Source of the DNA: Octopus bimaculoides
Lineage: Eukaryota
Direction of reading: 5' to 3'
DNA length: 64,000 bases
Assembly: GCF_001194135.2 (NCBI RefSeq)
Contig: NC_068983.1
Location: forward strand, 141,877,055 to 141,941,054
Below, piece after piece: positions 1 to 12,125 of this stretch; position 1 is the stretch's first letter, and each line of letters opens with the position of its first letter. Under the pieces are notes generated by a model that saw only the letters and a list, made by a program, of their open reading frames with translations, was not told the DNA's origin and did not search any database. The position numbers were made by a program, and so were the translations under genes.

Positions 1-329
1 GATTAAGTGCCAATTGACTCTATCTAGTACGGGTTAGATTCAATTGGCGAAACACCACAGCCGAAGAATATGTGTATTTAGGTTCATCTACTTTTGCAAT
101 CCTTTTTCGTTTCACAACACATTGGACAAAGCGTTAAAAGTGTTACGATGTCATTACCTTTCTTAAGTGTATTTTTTAAAAGAGCTCGGTGCACACATTG
201 CTCTTTACAAAAGAACAATATGTACAGTCAATGGTTCGGAAAGGACGGAGAAATGAGCTGGCATTAGATGGTAAACACAAGATGATTGTGTATAACACAT
301 TCAAATCTCACCACCTATGTAGAAGATCT

Positions 330-490
330 TTTGTTTATGGGTCAGCCCTGATCGTATAATCTATGAAGAAAGAAATTTATGCTTGACTCTCTCATCTTTT
401 TAGGACCACCTTAACCAATGTGACGACAAAATGTAATTTAGATTTGGCTGCTATTTCTAGTAAATCAAACAATGGCGCTGAGGCTGCCCT
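330..490 (+). repeat. Old dispersed repeat (family F), ~250-bp family of unknown class
   Basis: Shares motifs gtcagccctgatcg...agatttggctgctatttctag with diverged copies near 19270-19400, 28745-28900, 34980-35150, 39250-39390, 40960-41130, 42460-42635 and 59805-59940. Confidence 0.55.
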
Positions 491-1682
491 CTTTGCTTCT
501 GATGTCGAATTTTGTCATTATGGAATGTTATGTAGGCTGCATTAATCAATACAGTTTATGAAAGGCTATTGATGGACATCTGTGGTTAGGAATAGTTATA
601 CAATTTCACTCTGTTTACCAATCACACGTGAAACATCCTTAAGAAAAGAATGGGTTTTACATCATATCCTCCCCCAGCTCTTATTGATAAATATTTGGGC
701 CCCTGTTGGTGCTCTGACCCTTTTCATTGAATCTGAGATTGTTGGGAAAAAGAGAGGAAGTTATCCTCTATCAAAAAGACTTAATGGTTTTCTTGCATTC
801 TTAACGCAGCAATTACAAGTTTGGTAAAAGAAAAGTTATAGACATTCAAATAAAGTAGATTAGAAATGGTTGAAAAATACCTATTTTTTTATATATTTAT
901 TCGTTAATCAGTAATAAAGAAGTTGTAGTGGTGATGGTGGTGGTATCTTGTCAAAACTAATTGAGCATACGTATGAACAAAAGTATTCCACTTGCATCTT
1001 TTATTCGGCTCACATCTCAAAACTGCATTTGAAGAGGATGGGTGTGATTTCTCTGCTATTTCTAGCAGTTTGTTTTTCTTGAAACACTCCCGTTTCCTAT
1101 CGTTAGTCTTCACACGTATCGTTCTGAGAGTCGATGCTTCTGCTTTGTAAATTATAGATATATATTCACACAGCTGCAGTTTGTCAACAGATTTTCATCG
1201 GCATTCGAATATGCTTCTCCCACTATAAATACTTCCTCCCTATCATCAACTACAATAATGTTTACACACGTTAATCCATACCTTCAAATAATATATCGGT
1301 GGCTGAGTACATTACATGTAATAAATACATAAAATTAACCATGCACATAATATATATATATACGTACAAATATGCCGACACATAATCTAGCTTCAGTAAC
1401 GAAATACGCGAGGGAATGAAAATTTTAGGATTGGCTGATTGTGAAAATTTGTAAGCGAAATCAACAATAGATTTGATGGAAAATACGGCAAGGGAGCGTT
1501 TTGCATACTAAATGCATAAACGGTAAGGTCTTACATTTGAAATACAGTGCAGTGAATAACTTCGATTAACTGATACTATCTATGTAATTAGTAGAAGAAA
1601 AAAAGCCTTCTCAAAGGATGTTTAAAATCTTAAAATAACAACCAAGAGAGATAATTTTAACAACTGTTTCTGCTACTGGCGC

Positions 1683-1878
1683 AAAGCCTGTAATTTTGGG
1701 GAAGTGGGCTAGTTGATTACATCGACCCCAGTACTAGAATAGTTCTTATTTTATCGACCTCGAAAGGATGAAAGGCTAAGTCATCTTCGGTGACATTTGA
1801 ACTCAAAACGTTAAACCGGAAGAAATGACGTTAAGCATTTTGTCCGATGCGGTAACAAGTCTATCAGTTCGCCACCTT
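1683..1878 (-). mobile_element. tRNA-derived SINE, family C (diverged copy)
   Basis: Matches the copies at 21829-22042 and 15108-15340 (atcgaccccag...ttttatcgacc.cgaaaggatgaaaggc...atttgaactca...gttcgccacctt). Confidence 0.75.
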
Positions 1879-2054
1879 GGGGGAATGATAACAGTCATTC
1901 AAATTTGGGGGAAAATAAGGACAATGCAAGCGAGAGTAGAGCTTGTGTCTAAGGAAAATTAGTGAAAGCAACAGACATGTTTTAACCTTATATCTCGCCT
2001 ATTGCTTGCAATTAGTACCATGTTGAGGTTTGTGCAATTAGTGCCATGTTGAGG

Positions 2055-2207
2055 TTTAGCGTAGCTAAAGTGTATGCCACCCAGAGCAGCCGTTCAGTTT
2101 GCCGCCCCCTGGCCTCCACAGAAAAAAATTGTCTACAGTAGACCTAAAAGTGATGCCGCTTCCATAAAAGTGCCACTCACCTCTAGCTACGCCAGTGGGT
2201 ATGTGAT
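2055..2207. mobile_element. Probable small non-autonomous DNA transposon (MITE) remnant
   Basis: Terminal inverted motif gcgtagcta (~2059) / tagctacgccagtg (~2194-2207) around a GC-rich interior with gccgccccc. The left end is degraded and no target-site duplication is seen. Confidence 0.35.
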
Positions 2208-3966
2208 ATGAGACTTGAAGGCTGGGATTCAGGAGACCCATGTGCTTTATGAAAACATAATTACGTCGTATATCAATGAAATGGGAACCCACTTCTTAGC
2301 TTCAACACTCGAGCCTATAAGCATCTAAAGATTGCCCTGCGATTAATAGCAATCTGTCTGAAAAAGAATGATCTCTTCTGTCAGCTTACCGCCACTGAAC
2401 CGGAATTTAACACCGATCCTTATGAAACCCTCAAGATTGTACACACACACACACACATGACTTAGAAAAAGCATATCTTCTTTCCGTCAGTCTCTGCAAT
2501 GATTGCTGTACGTACTGTATTAATCTATAACTAGGAAGAAATTGAAGATCTGGACATTATATAGGGATTCAACCTGCATATAAATCCGGAACATTTCAAA
2601 TCAGGATTAACCTGGTGATAAATAACTACAAACGGTTGAGCATTGGGGTCCTCTCACCTCATCTTTACTTCTGGTTAAGTTTTCAAATTGTTTAACCAAC
2701 AAGGATCGATAAATTAAAGTACATTTTTCTTCTATGACAAACTCAATGCATTCTTCCAGAGTCGATAGAAACCGTTCCTGTACTTTGTGTTTAACAAACC
2801 TTCTGTCCGATCAAATGCTTTGATATTTACATTGACTGCATGATCGACTTAGTAAGATATGAAAATTTCTCATACTTTTGTATGTGAACAACTTAAAACA
2901 TACCAAACTAAAAACTGGGGAATTCATTCTGAAACATTCACCACAAACTGTGCGAAATTTTTTTATGGCCAGTTGTTTAGTTTTATTTTCCTTGTTGTAA
3001 ATTATATGTAATTTTTTTAGTCCAATATTTAATCAAGCTGGAAAAATCTTTTCATATCTCCTTCTACAGAATAAACATTTCTCTCGCCGTGGCATTGAAA
3101 CTGTAGGTGGTTATACAGAAGTTGATAGTCGACGATGTATTCTTGTTTTTGTTTGTTCAGAATTAATATTGATCCCTTTTGGTTAGGAATTCATAAGGTT
3201 AAAAATACTAAACAAAGTTGAGCATAGTATTTATACACAAGCGTTGTACATATACATAATTTAATTCTTTTATATACAGGGTTTTTGTTGTTTTTTTTTT
3301 GAGTGGAGAGGGGTCTTTAAAAACTGCATGAAAGGCAATGACAACATCAGTCTTTTGAGCTTGAAACCAAGAGTTCACCATTGATTTTAATGATTAGATC
3401 CATTCCCATACTGCATTTCATGTTATTTTTTTAGTTACCCCCTTTTATTTTTTTAATTTTAAACACACTTGAAAGAAAGTTTTCAAATCTAACTCTATAG
3501 ATTATTGTGGTTATTCAAAGTTTAACTCATATTACATATGTCAGACTTCAATATTTGTATTTAGTATGCCGAATACTCTTCTGAGGTTTATTCATTCCCT
3601 AAGCCATATTATTAATACTGTTATTTTTTTGCTACCAACACCACCGCTCCACTTTTCAACAGTATCTTACATTTCTTTCATAATGCGATACATTCTGGGT
3701 TCTGTAAAACAAAGTATTAGTCCAAAATTAGGGTTGAGATAATTAAATATAACCCTTCACAAATTGTACGACTTTGATTTCTTTCCTAAGATCAAGCAGT
3801 TTGGGGAAAGGGTATTGTCAAATATTCCGCTCTCATTTTTGGCTGGTACTTTATTTTGCAGATCCAAAAAAGTCGACCTAGACAGAATTTCAACTTAAAC
3901 GTATAAAAGTATCGATAGTAATTCGCTGATCACATATCGTCCCAGAGTTAGAAACTTTATTATGTA

Positions 3967-4057
3967 CTAGCAGAAATACCCGGCGTTGCCCGGGTTAAAG
4001 AGAATAATGAAATCTAAAAACGCCGTCTAGACTACGCATCATCTTTATATATAGAGA
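3967..4057 (-). mobile_element. Minimal (91-bp) non-autonomous Helitron
   Basis: The minus strand reads A|TCTCTATATATAAAGATG...CCCGG-GCAACG-CCGGG-tatttctg-CTAG|T. This gives a 5' TC, a subterminal GC hairpin, a 3' CTAG and insertion between A and T, which are the diagnostic Helitron termini. Confidence 0.8.
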
Positions 4058-4178
4058 TGTATATACACACACGCACCCAAACACACGTATATATATATGT
4101 ATATCAATATAAATATATGAAAGTCAATGAAGTTTCGTAAAAGAAGGTGATCATGTACATACTTTCTTGCTGTTGTGA

Positions 4179-4415
4179 TTATAACACCTCGTTGTAAACA
4201 ACGTTCCTTGTTTTCCCTTGTGGAGCATATACAAATAGGTTTTTTTTGCTGCCCACTCTTGAGCAGCCAACATACAGTTGTCCATGTGAGAAGCAGGGCT
4301 CTTCCAAGAGAAGACCAGCTACAGACAGTGTTTGACCCTGAGATTTGTTTATGGACATGGCAAAAGTCACACGAAGGGGGAATTGTAGTCTTCTGAATGT
4401 AAAAGGAATTGAATC
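4179..4415 (-). mobile_element. Helitron RepHel PIF1-like helicase C-terminal fragment
   Basis: Translates as IPFTFRRLQFPLRVTFAMSINKSQGQTLSVAGLLLEEPCFSHGQLYVGCSRVGSKKNLFVYAPQGKTRNVVYNEVL*, containing the Helitron helicase motifs (FAMxINKSQGQTL, FSHGQLYVxxSRV). A stop lies just upstream, so it is a fragment. Confidence 0.92.
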
Positions 4416-6413
4416 TCTCCCCTACAAATTAATTCGCGTATCCTAAATATCAGTACCTCTACGCATTAGAACAGTATGTTTACTGAAACGATAAAATGTC
4501 AGACTAATTGCCTTACAGATTGCATTCGTGCTTTTATTTGTATTTGTGGTTCTGATCTCTGAATTTTTCTCTTTCTTTTCCATTCTTGGGGGTCTTCCTT
4601 TCTCCAGTGACAAGTGTCATTGCGTCTTCAAAAAAAAACTATATTTCTGTACATAGTTGCTGTGTGTAAAATCAGTATACTGTAGTATTTTGTAAGTACC
4701 ATCAAAGAACAGATGTAAAGTTCAGGACTAAGTTCCGATTCTCAATTAAAATAATAAATAAATTCCTTCGCTTTTTTCAATATAAATCCGGGGTCTTCTG
4801 ATTCGTCAAATAAGAAGCAATAAAATACGTGTTTCGTTGAAAACATTTCGCTTTATTTTCGCCGCTAATAGCCTTCAGAAGATTGAGGGTGCATTTATCC
4901 TTTTCGTTCAATAAACTTTCTATAATTGGTTAAAATAACTGATATTATGTTACAAAGCTATAAAAGGAAGCTAAACTTCTAGCAAACCCATGACATTATA
5001 AAAAAGAACGGTGTAATATATTGCTAGTTTAAAACTTTTCTTGGGCCCAGTTTAAGGTGTCAAAACTTTCGTCCATTCGATAGTTATATACAATTATGCA
5101 TTCTGTCTATTGTTAAAGTTCTTATTTCGCCTCGGGTCAAGTGCTGTTGAAGTGACCTATTGTCAAAAATGTTCATCACATTTTTTTTATTAATTTTTGG
5201 TTGTATACTTCGCACTACATTATCCATAGTAGTTTATTTTGTTAACATAGTAAAATGTAAAGTGAGATGGTTAGCTACTATTTCTAGTAAATTGAGGTAG
5301 TTGGCTACTATTTCTACTCTTTCACAATGAAACAAAGCTCTCTGGTTGATTCGCACATACATAGCATGCTTTTTGAACTTATACATAGAGACTCACCAGT
5401 TGGCTCATCGCCTTGCAACAAGTTATAAGTGTTTCTTTTGTTTTTTTATCATACACGCCGCGCAAAGCAAGTGACAATATACGAGGTGTCGTCTGTTCCC
5501 CTCTTAGCCAATTATTCTCTTTTCAAATCTTAATAGCTGCGTGAATCCTTACGACCACCACCCACCACCGCCACCAGCATCACCTGTTCCACCTCCACCA
5601 AGACAATCTACTCCACTACCACTACAACTACTATCGCCACTGCATCGATAAATGAAATAAAAACATATAATATGTACCAAGTGAACTTGTATTCTTTTTT
5701 ATTTGAGTTTTTTTTTTCGTCATTTATTTATTTATTTATCTATTGCTGTAGCCTCGAGGTACAGATAGCAAACTATATTTGAAACAAACTATATTGGTTC
5801 AGGAAAAAGTTGGAGGGGGTGCGGCGTTAAAACAAACAACTATTTACAGTAACTAAAATTGCCAAACACTGTTTATTATTATCAACCTCACCCCTCTCAC
5901 CCCTCACCTCAATCGAAAAAAGAAACACTTAGTGTATCTATGTATGCATGTTTGTGTGCGTCTGTGTGTCTGCGTGTGAGTCCGCGCGCACGTGCATGCA
6001 CTCACATACGTATATATACGTACGTCTCTTGCTACTTTTGAGTTCCACTTCAGCACGAGTCCAGCGTTGCTGTCAAGTTATTCGTTTAATCACAAACGTT
6101 TACCGGAACGGCTAATTCATGGGATATTTGTTATTAACTGTTCATTGACCATGAGAATTAGCGACTAAGAGCAGATACTCTTGCAGTAGAAGACTAATGA
6201 GACCAATAGAAGAGACACTGCTGTAGTAGCGACGCAAGAGGCAGAGTGAAGAAGCTGCACTTGTGATTTAGTGTTTGTAGCATATTGATGAGTGATTCTT
6301 TACAAATCGGTCAGACGGATTCAGGACTCAGATATACGAGTGCCATACTGTATAACATTGATTAATGCTGGATTATTTCCTTGTACTTCATATTCCTCAT
6401 ACTTGCTAACATA

Positions 6414-6447
<34 letters not shown>

Positions 6448-6780
6448 TACATACACAAATACATACACATACACACACAAATACACACAAACAGATACAC
6501 ACACATACTTACCTTAAATACTTGAATTAAACTGTAAGCGGCTGAATGTTTCATACACACACTTGCTCAAGATATCACACCTCTCATGACTGAGAAGCAG
6601 ATTTCTTGTGAATTCTGATACGTGTGTGTGCATGTGTGTATTAATATTTATAGACATATATTACATGTATGTATGTTTATATTATACTATGTATGTATGC
6701 ATGTATGTATATATGTATGTACGTATGTATGTATGTATGTATCGCTTAACCAAAAGTGCGTTTGAATTAAAGAGTGATTA

Positions 6781-7420
6781 TATATTAAAATAAATGCAAG
6801 TGTGTTCCGGACATGATTCATGTTTCTAGAGGACACACGTTTATAAAAGTATACGGACATGTGTCACCATCATCAGCGGGAAACAGCACAAAAGCTTGCG
6901 AGATAAAATTATTGGTTTTATATATGCCGGTAACACCGGAAATTATAGCAAAAATATATTGTGTAGAGCCAAAATAACGTGAATTGGAATATGGTTTTCA
7001 TAGGTACAAATTATGTACAGCAGAATTCTTCTCTCAGAGGTTAACATAAAATTTAAAATTAAAATATTGAAAAGGCTGTTATGTTAATTATAGAAATCTC
7101 TATTCCACAAACAAAACGAAAATGTTTTTTCGCGCAAAGATGAGCAAAGTGTTCAATAAAGATTAATAAAATCAAGTGTTGAGCGATAATATATAAGGAT
7201 AACCTAGGTAAAAAAACAACGCATAAAAATAAGGCGAGTTATATATATATATTAAAATATGACATACATATTCTCTATATTTTGTCCGAATAGGACTAAT
7301 GCTTATTGTTGACTCATATTCATAAAAAATGTATACATCCTTATGTCACCATCATCAGACCACAGAAAGACCTATAAAAGTTATTAGTTTTATCAGCGCT
7401 GATTAATACCTGAAATTATA
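6781..7420 (-). mobile_element. Hammerhead-bearing direct-repeat element (retrozyme- or Penelope-pLTR-like)
   Basis: Two diverged ~170-bp direct repeats (~6781-6950 and ~7250-7420) share tgtcaccatcatcag (6862-6876 and 7344-7358), ataaaa(g)ttatt(g/a)gttttat and cc(g/t)gaaattata(g/a)c. The left copy holds an intact HHR; the right copy is degenerate. Confidence 0.6.
6803..6885 (-). ncRNA. Type I hammerhead ribozyme motif, canonical core
   Basis: Minus strand: ugUUUCCCG-CUGAUGA-(stem II UGG..GACACAUGU/ACGUGUGUC..CUA)-GAAAC-AUG aau CAU-GUC|-CGGAACA. Stem III is ACAUG/CAUGU, the cleavage triplet is GUC (cut between 6810 and 6809), and stem I is CCG/CGG plus an extension. Confidence 0.8.
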
Positions 7421-7924
7421 ACCAGAGTATAACGTAAGCATTTGAAATATCGAGAATTCAAATACGGTTTTTATGCGTATCGTCATCCTTTTCATCGTAA
7501 GATATCGAATACTCTAAGTAGGTATGGCCCAATAGATTACATACCTGTGTTGTCTTGCTCTATCCCTTTATATTCGCTAAATTGTTTCCCTTCCTTCTTT
7601 TGCTATTCATTTTGTCTTCTGTTAACGATCTTTGTGAAACTTCATTTTTTTTTTTTTTTTACCTAATGAGATATTCGAAAATATTTTTGTCTTCCCTGAT
7701 TGATAGTGTCTACTGAAACTGTGTTAGGTTTAGCATTTTTTAGTATTTGATCATCGTTTATTGTGTTCAGTGTATGATATTCTCGAAAATATTCTGTATG
7801 TCCTCATCCGAAGATGAAAAGGTTCTACTTTCAATATGATTGTGATGAAATGTAGTTAATCATTGACTAACCTGTTGGCCAAGAATGCTATTGTTTACAG
7901 GATACATTTTAAATTCATATATAT

Positions 7925-7957
7925 AAACAGACAGACAGACAGACAGACAAGACAGAC

Positions 7958-8037
<80 letters not shown>
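7925..8037. repeat. (GACA)n/(GATA)n microsatellite
   Basis: Directly visible. Confidence 0.95.
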
Positions 8038-8038
<1 letters not shown>

Positions 8039-8052
8039 TTATATGTATTGGG

Positions 8053-8613
8053 NNNNNNNNNNNNNNNNNNNNNNNNNNNNNNNNNNNNNNNNNNNNNNNN
8101 NNNNNNNNNNNNNNNNNNNNNNNNNNNNNNNNNNNNNNNNNNNNNNNNNNNNNNNNNNNNNNNNNNNNNNNNNNNNNNNNNNNNNNNNNNNNNNNNNNNN
8201 NNNNNNNNNNNNNNNNNNNNNNNNNNNNNNNNNNNNNNNNNNNNNNNNNNNNNNNNNNNNNNNNNNNNNNNNNNNNNNNNNNNNNNNNNNNNNNNNNNNN
8301 NNNNNNNNNNNNNNNNNNNNNNNNNNNNNNNNNNNNNNNNNNNNNNNNNNNNNNNNNNNNNNNNNNNNNNNNNNNNNNNNNNNNNNNNNNNNNNNNNNNN
8401 NNNNNNNNNNNNNNNNNNNNNNNNNNNNNNNNNNNNNNNNNNNNNNNNNNNNNNNNNNNNNNNNNNNNNNNNNNNNNNNNNNNNNNNNNNNNNNNNNNNN
8501 NNNNNNNNNNNNNNNNNNNNNNNNNNNNNNNNNNNNNNNNNNNNNNNNNNNNNNNNNNNNNNNNNNNNNNNNNNNNNNNNNNNNNNNNNNNNNNNNNNNN
8601 NNNNNNNNNNNNN
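8053..8613. other. Assembly gap (N run)
   Basis: N run. Other gaps are at 12652-12745, 16048-16414, 17336-17947, 24367-24380 and 45201-45362. Confidence 0.99.
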
Positions 8614-9184
8614 TATATATATATATATATATCTTAGGCCGTTCAATTTTTCTCAATTGAACAATTAGACCAATTGAATAAACCTATCAGTAATGTACCT
8701 GTAATGACTACTGGAAACAGTTGTAAGTCAAATTTGCTCCAATAAAGGAAAAATATGTAATGACCATTATTTTTAACTTGTCTTATATATATATTCTGTG
8801 TGTGTGTTACCCGAGAACATCTAAGTGACATGAAAGACTGTTTGCTTGGAATCGAAAGAGATTCAGCCTCAGCTTGCTAAAATCTTACAACTACGCTCTG
8901 AAGCTGTTTATAAAATCTTGTATTTGCTTACTTGTCTTTTATTCTTCCAACTGCTGTATCCCACACAATGCTATCAAATGACAAAGGCGATGTGGCCATT
9001 AAAGTATAGTTTATCTTAGTGTATTCAAGATAATCAATTTTGATAGGTTTCTATTCTAAATTTAACTTCTAAGCACTTGCTGCCGATTAAAATACACATA
9101 AATGGATATTTTTACAAGATAGCGAAAATTTTTCCACGCAAAGAAATCACCGAATTTATATTTATAGATACAGAAAGATTTTAA

Positions 9185-9394
<210 letters not shown>

Positions 9395-9920
9395 ATGAGC
9401 TATGAGAAGTAATTCAGAGTGGCATGAATTTGGACAACAATGGTGAATAATATATATTAAATACCATACAAGGTAAATTCTTGCTTTTTTTTAAAATTAT
9501 CTTCTCTTTGAGAGAAGATAAACAAACATCTGGTGTCATTAACGACCGACTTAGAAAAAGGAGAAAATGACAAGAACCCTCTGGAAATGACATTTGAGGC
9601 AATGATAGAGTTTTTTGTCTCTTGTAAATTTTAAAAAAAATTTTTTTTACAAGAACACAACTGTGGACAGTTCCTACCTTGACTCCAACCAACTAAATAA
9701 CCGAGCATTGCTGTCGCGATATAATTTAATCATGCTAAAATATATTTTTAAAATGCTAAACCCTGAATACAGAGATACGCCTTTCTACAATATTCTGTAT
9801 GGACTAAGCAGTATTCTTTGTTATCTCTACTTTCAAATCCTGCAGGGATCAGCCTTGCATTTCATTGTTCTTGAATGAATAAATTACGTAGCAATCGTAT
9901 ACTAAGCTGTGAAGACACCT

Positions 9921-10050
9921 AGTTCAGCGGTTAGGGTGTTGTACTCAAGATCGTGGTTTCGATTCCCGGACCGGGTGGTGCGTTGTATTCTTGAGCAAAA
10001 CGCTTCATTTCACGTTGCTCCAGTACACTTAGCTGTAAATGAGTAACTCT
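9921..10050 (+). mobile_element. tRNA-derived CORE-type SINE, family B (diverged, partial)
   Basis: B-box ggtttcgattccc is followed by gttgtattcttgagcaaaacgcttcatttcacgttgctccag, as in the 21215-21553 copy. Confidence 0.7.
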
Positions 10051-10389
10051 GTGACGAACAGGCGTCCTGTTCTGAGGGAGTGTTGTAATCTCGGTCACTT
10101 ATACTCCATGGAAACCGAGTAACCAGCTCAATGAATCCTAGAACTTGCGACAGTATTTATTACTTTACATATATTAAACTACAATCAGTCAATTATATCT
10201 CTCCTTTATAATTTTCTTTTTCTTAATCCTATGTAATAATTACTGAATCCGGGGAGGGCAACAATTAGCAGTAGATGAATTCGTTAAATTCAGTTATCAA
10301 TAGAATTTTTGCCAAAACTGCAAATAAAATATGTTTGATAAAAGCACACCATGTTTACCATTTTATCTACGTCTGTATGTATGTTTAAG

Positions 10390-10421
10390 TATGTGTGTGT
10401 GTGCGTGTGTGTGTGCGTTTA

Positions 10422-10511
<90 letters not shown>

Positions 10512-10515
10512 GTGT
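10390..10515. repeat. (GT)n microsatellite
   Basis: Directly visible; a second (GT)n/(GA)n tract is at 10815-10890. Confidence 0.95.
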
Positions 10516-10680
10516 AAACGGAGTTAGCAGTTATAATAACCGACTAAGGGATAAAATACTATATATACTATCGGTATCCGTTACCCGTGTTTTCCTTGGG
10601 CGTTGGTGTGCAGGCATACTATGCACGTAGAGTGCGGGTAACAACAGGATAAACAAGAATTTATCAGGAAACAAATATAA

Positions 10681-10770
10681 ATAATCAGAAAATGGAGAAA
10701 ACCTCAGATCAACAAATGTGGTCCAATCGATGTGTTTGTTGATCTGAGGTTTTCTCCATTTTCTGATTAT
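10681..10770. repeat. Perfect 36-bp inverted repeat with 18-nt spacer
   Basis: 10681-10716 (ataatcagaaaatggagaaaacctcagatcaacaaa) is the exact reverse complement of 10735-10770. Confidence 0.95.
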
Positions 10771-10816
10771 CATTGTATGTGTGTGCGCGCGTGTGTGTAT
10801 GTGAGTGTGTAAGTGA

Positions 10817-10866
<50 letters not shown>

Positions 10867-11493
10867 GCAGACAGAGAGAGAGAGAGAGAGCGGGGAGTGA
10901 ATTGCTCTAATAACGGCTTATATTAAACAATTTATCTCGCCCATTTTCCTAAAATTGTTTACATAGCTGTTGTTCAGCATAAAACGCTCTAGACGTAGCT
11001 TTGTACAGAACTTCAGATATTCTTCGGATTTCATTCTGTCTTTTAAAGTTGTCATATCTCCATCTAAGATTTCTTCATTTAGTAAACAATCGTGAGAAAA
11101 AAAAATTCCTAAACAGATTTTCTTTGCAAATATGGTATTGTTGGCGTGCGACATTCTTTCCTGAAGGAGAGGGATAATGAATCTCGTTGAAATCTCTTTC
11201 CAACTGCCCAAATTTCGGAATCAGATTTCAACGTTTGAAAACCTTCCTAGTCTTAACTTTTGAATTAAATTATTTTATGACAGATGTAATTACTGTTCCA
11301 GAGTAGGTTAGAATCATGGGAACGATGACGTGCCTGGCTTTTTATCGTTATCAGCAGACTTAAAATCTCTCATGAACTTTGACATCAGGTTTCTTTTAGT
11401 GTCGGCGGGTAGGGTTAAGTATTCTGTATAAGGTAGCTGTGTTATGAACTTCCTCGCAATTGTTCCTTCTTGTATATTGTACGGTCAGTATCA

Positions 11494-11526
11494 GTATGTA
11501 TGTATGTATGTGTGTATATATGTATG

Positions 11527-11560
<34 letters not shown>

Positions 11561-11948
11561 TCCATGTATGTATGTATGTATGTTTGTGTGTATATATGTA
11601 TGCATGTATGTATCCATGTATGTATGTATGTATGTATGTATGTATGTATGTATGTGTGTATATATGTATGTTTGTATGTGTGCGTGTATGTATGTATGCA
11701 TGTATGTATGTATGTATGTGTATATATATGTATGTATGCATGTATGTGTGTGTATGTATGTATGTGTGTATGTATGTATGTATGTATGCATGTATGTATG
11801 TATGTATGTGTGTGTGTATGTATGTATTTATGTATGTATGTATGTGTGTGTATGTGTGTATGTATGTATGTATGTGTGTATGTATGTATGTATGTATGCA
11901 TGTATGTATGCATGTACGTATGTGTGTGTATGTATGTATGTATGTATG

Positions 11949-11982
<34 letters not shown>

Positions 11983-12084
11983 TGTATGCATGTATATATG
12001 TATGTATGTGTGTGTATGTACGTATGATGTATGTACGTATGATGTATGTACGTATGTGTGTGTTTATGTGTGTGTGTGTGTACA

Positions 12085-12118
<34 letters not shown>

Positions 12119-12125
12119 CGTGTGT
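11494..12125. repeat. Long compound (TATG)n/(TG)n microsatellite
   Basis: Directly visible; it explains the MYVC/HTYI pseudo-ORFs. Confidence 0.97.

Noticed and set aside
904-1290. About 125 stop-free codons on the minus strand (VVDDREEVFIVGEAYS...HHHHHY)
   Set aside because: No recognisable domain and no ATG or clear acceptor; one such run is plausible by chance in 64 kb.
2900-3230. Faint piggyBac-like wording on the minus strand (FNATAREMFIL*KE)
   Set aside because: Too degenerate to support.
6040-6560. Possible first exon or promoter, and a minus-strand MKHSAAYSLIQVFK|gtaagt mini-exon
   Set aside because: No partner exon or homology found; splice-like hexamers are common.
7660-7840. Hammerhead-like fragments (ctgattga..gaaac; cgaagatgaaa..tttca)
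   Set aside because: Cores are broken and stems I/III do not form; noted only as a possible decayed copy.
7915-8668. Long ORFs of X residues (also 12375-12845, 15960-16635, 17264-18017, 45177-45410)
   Set aside because: Artefacts of N gaps.
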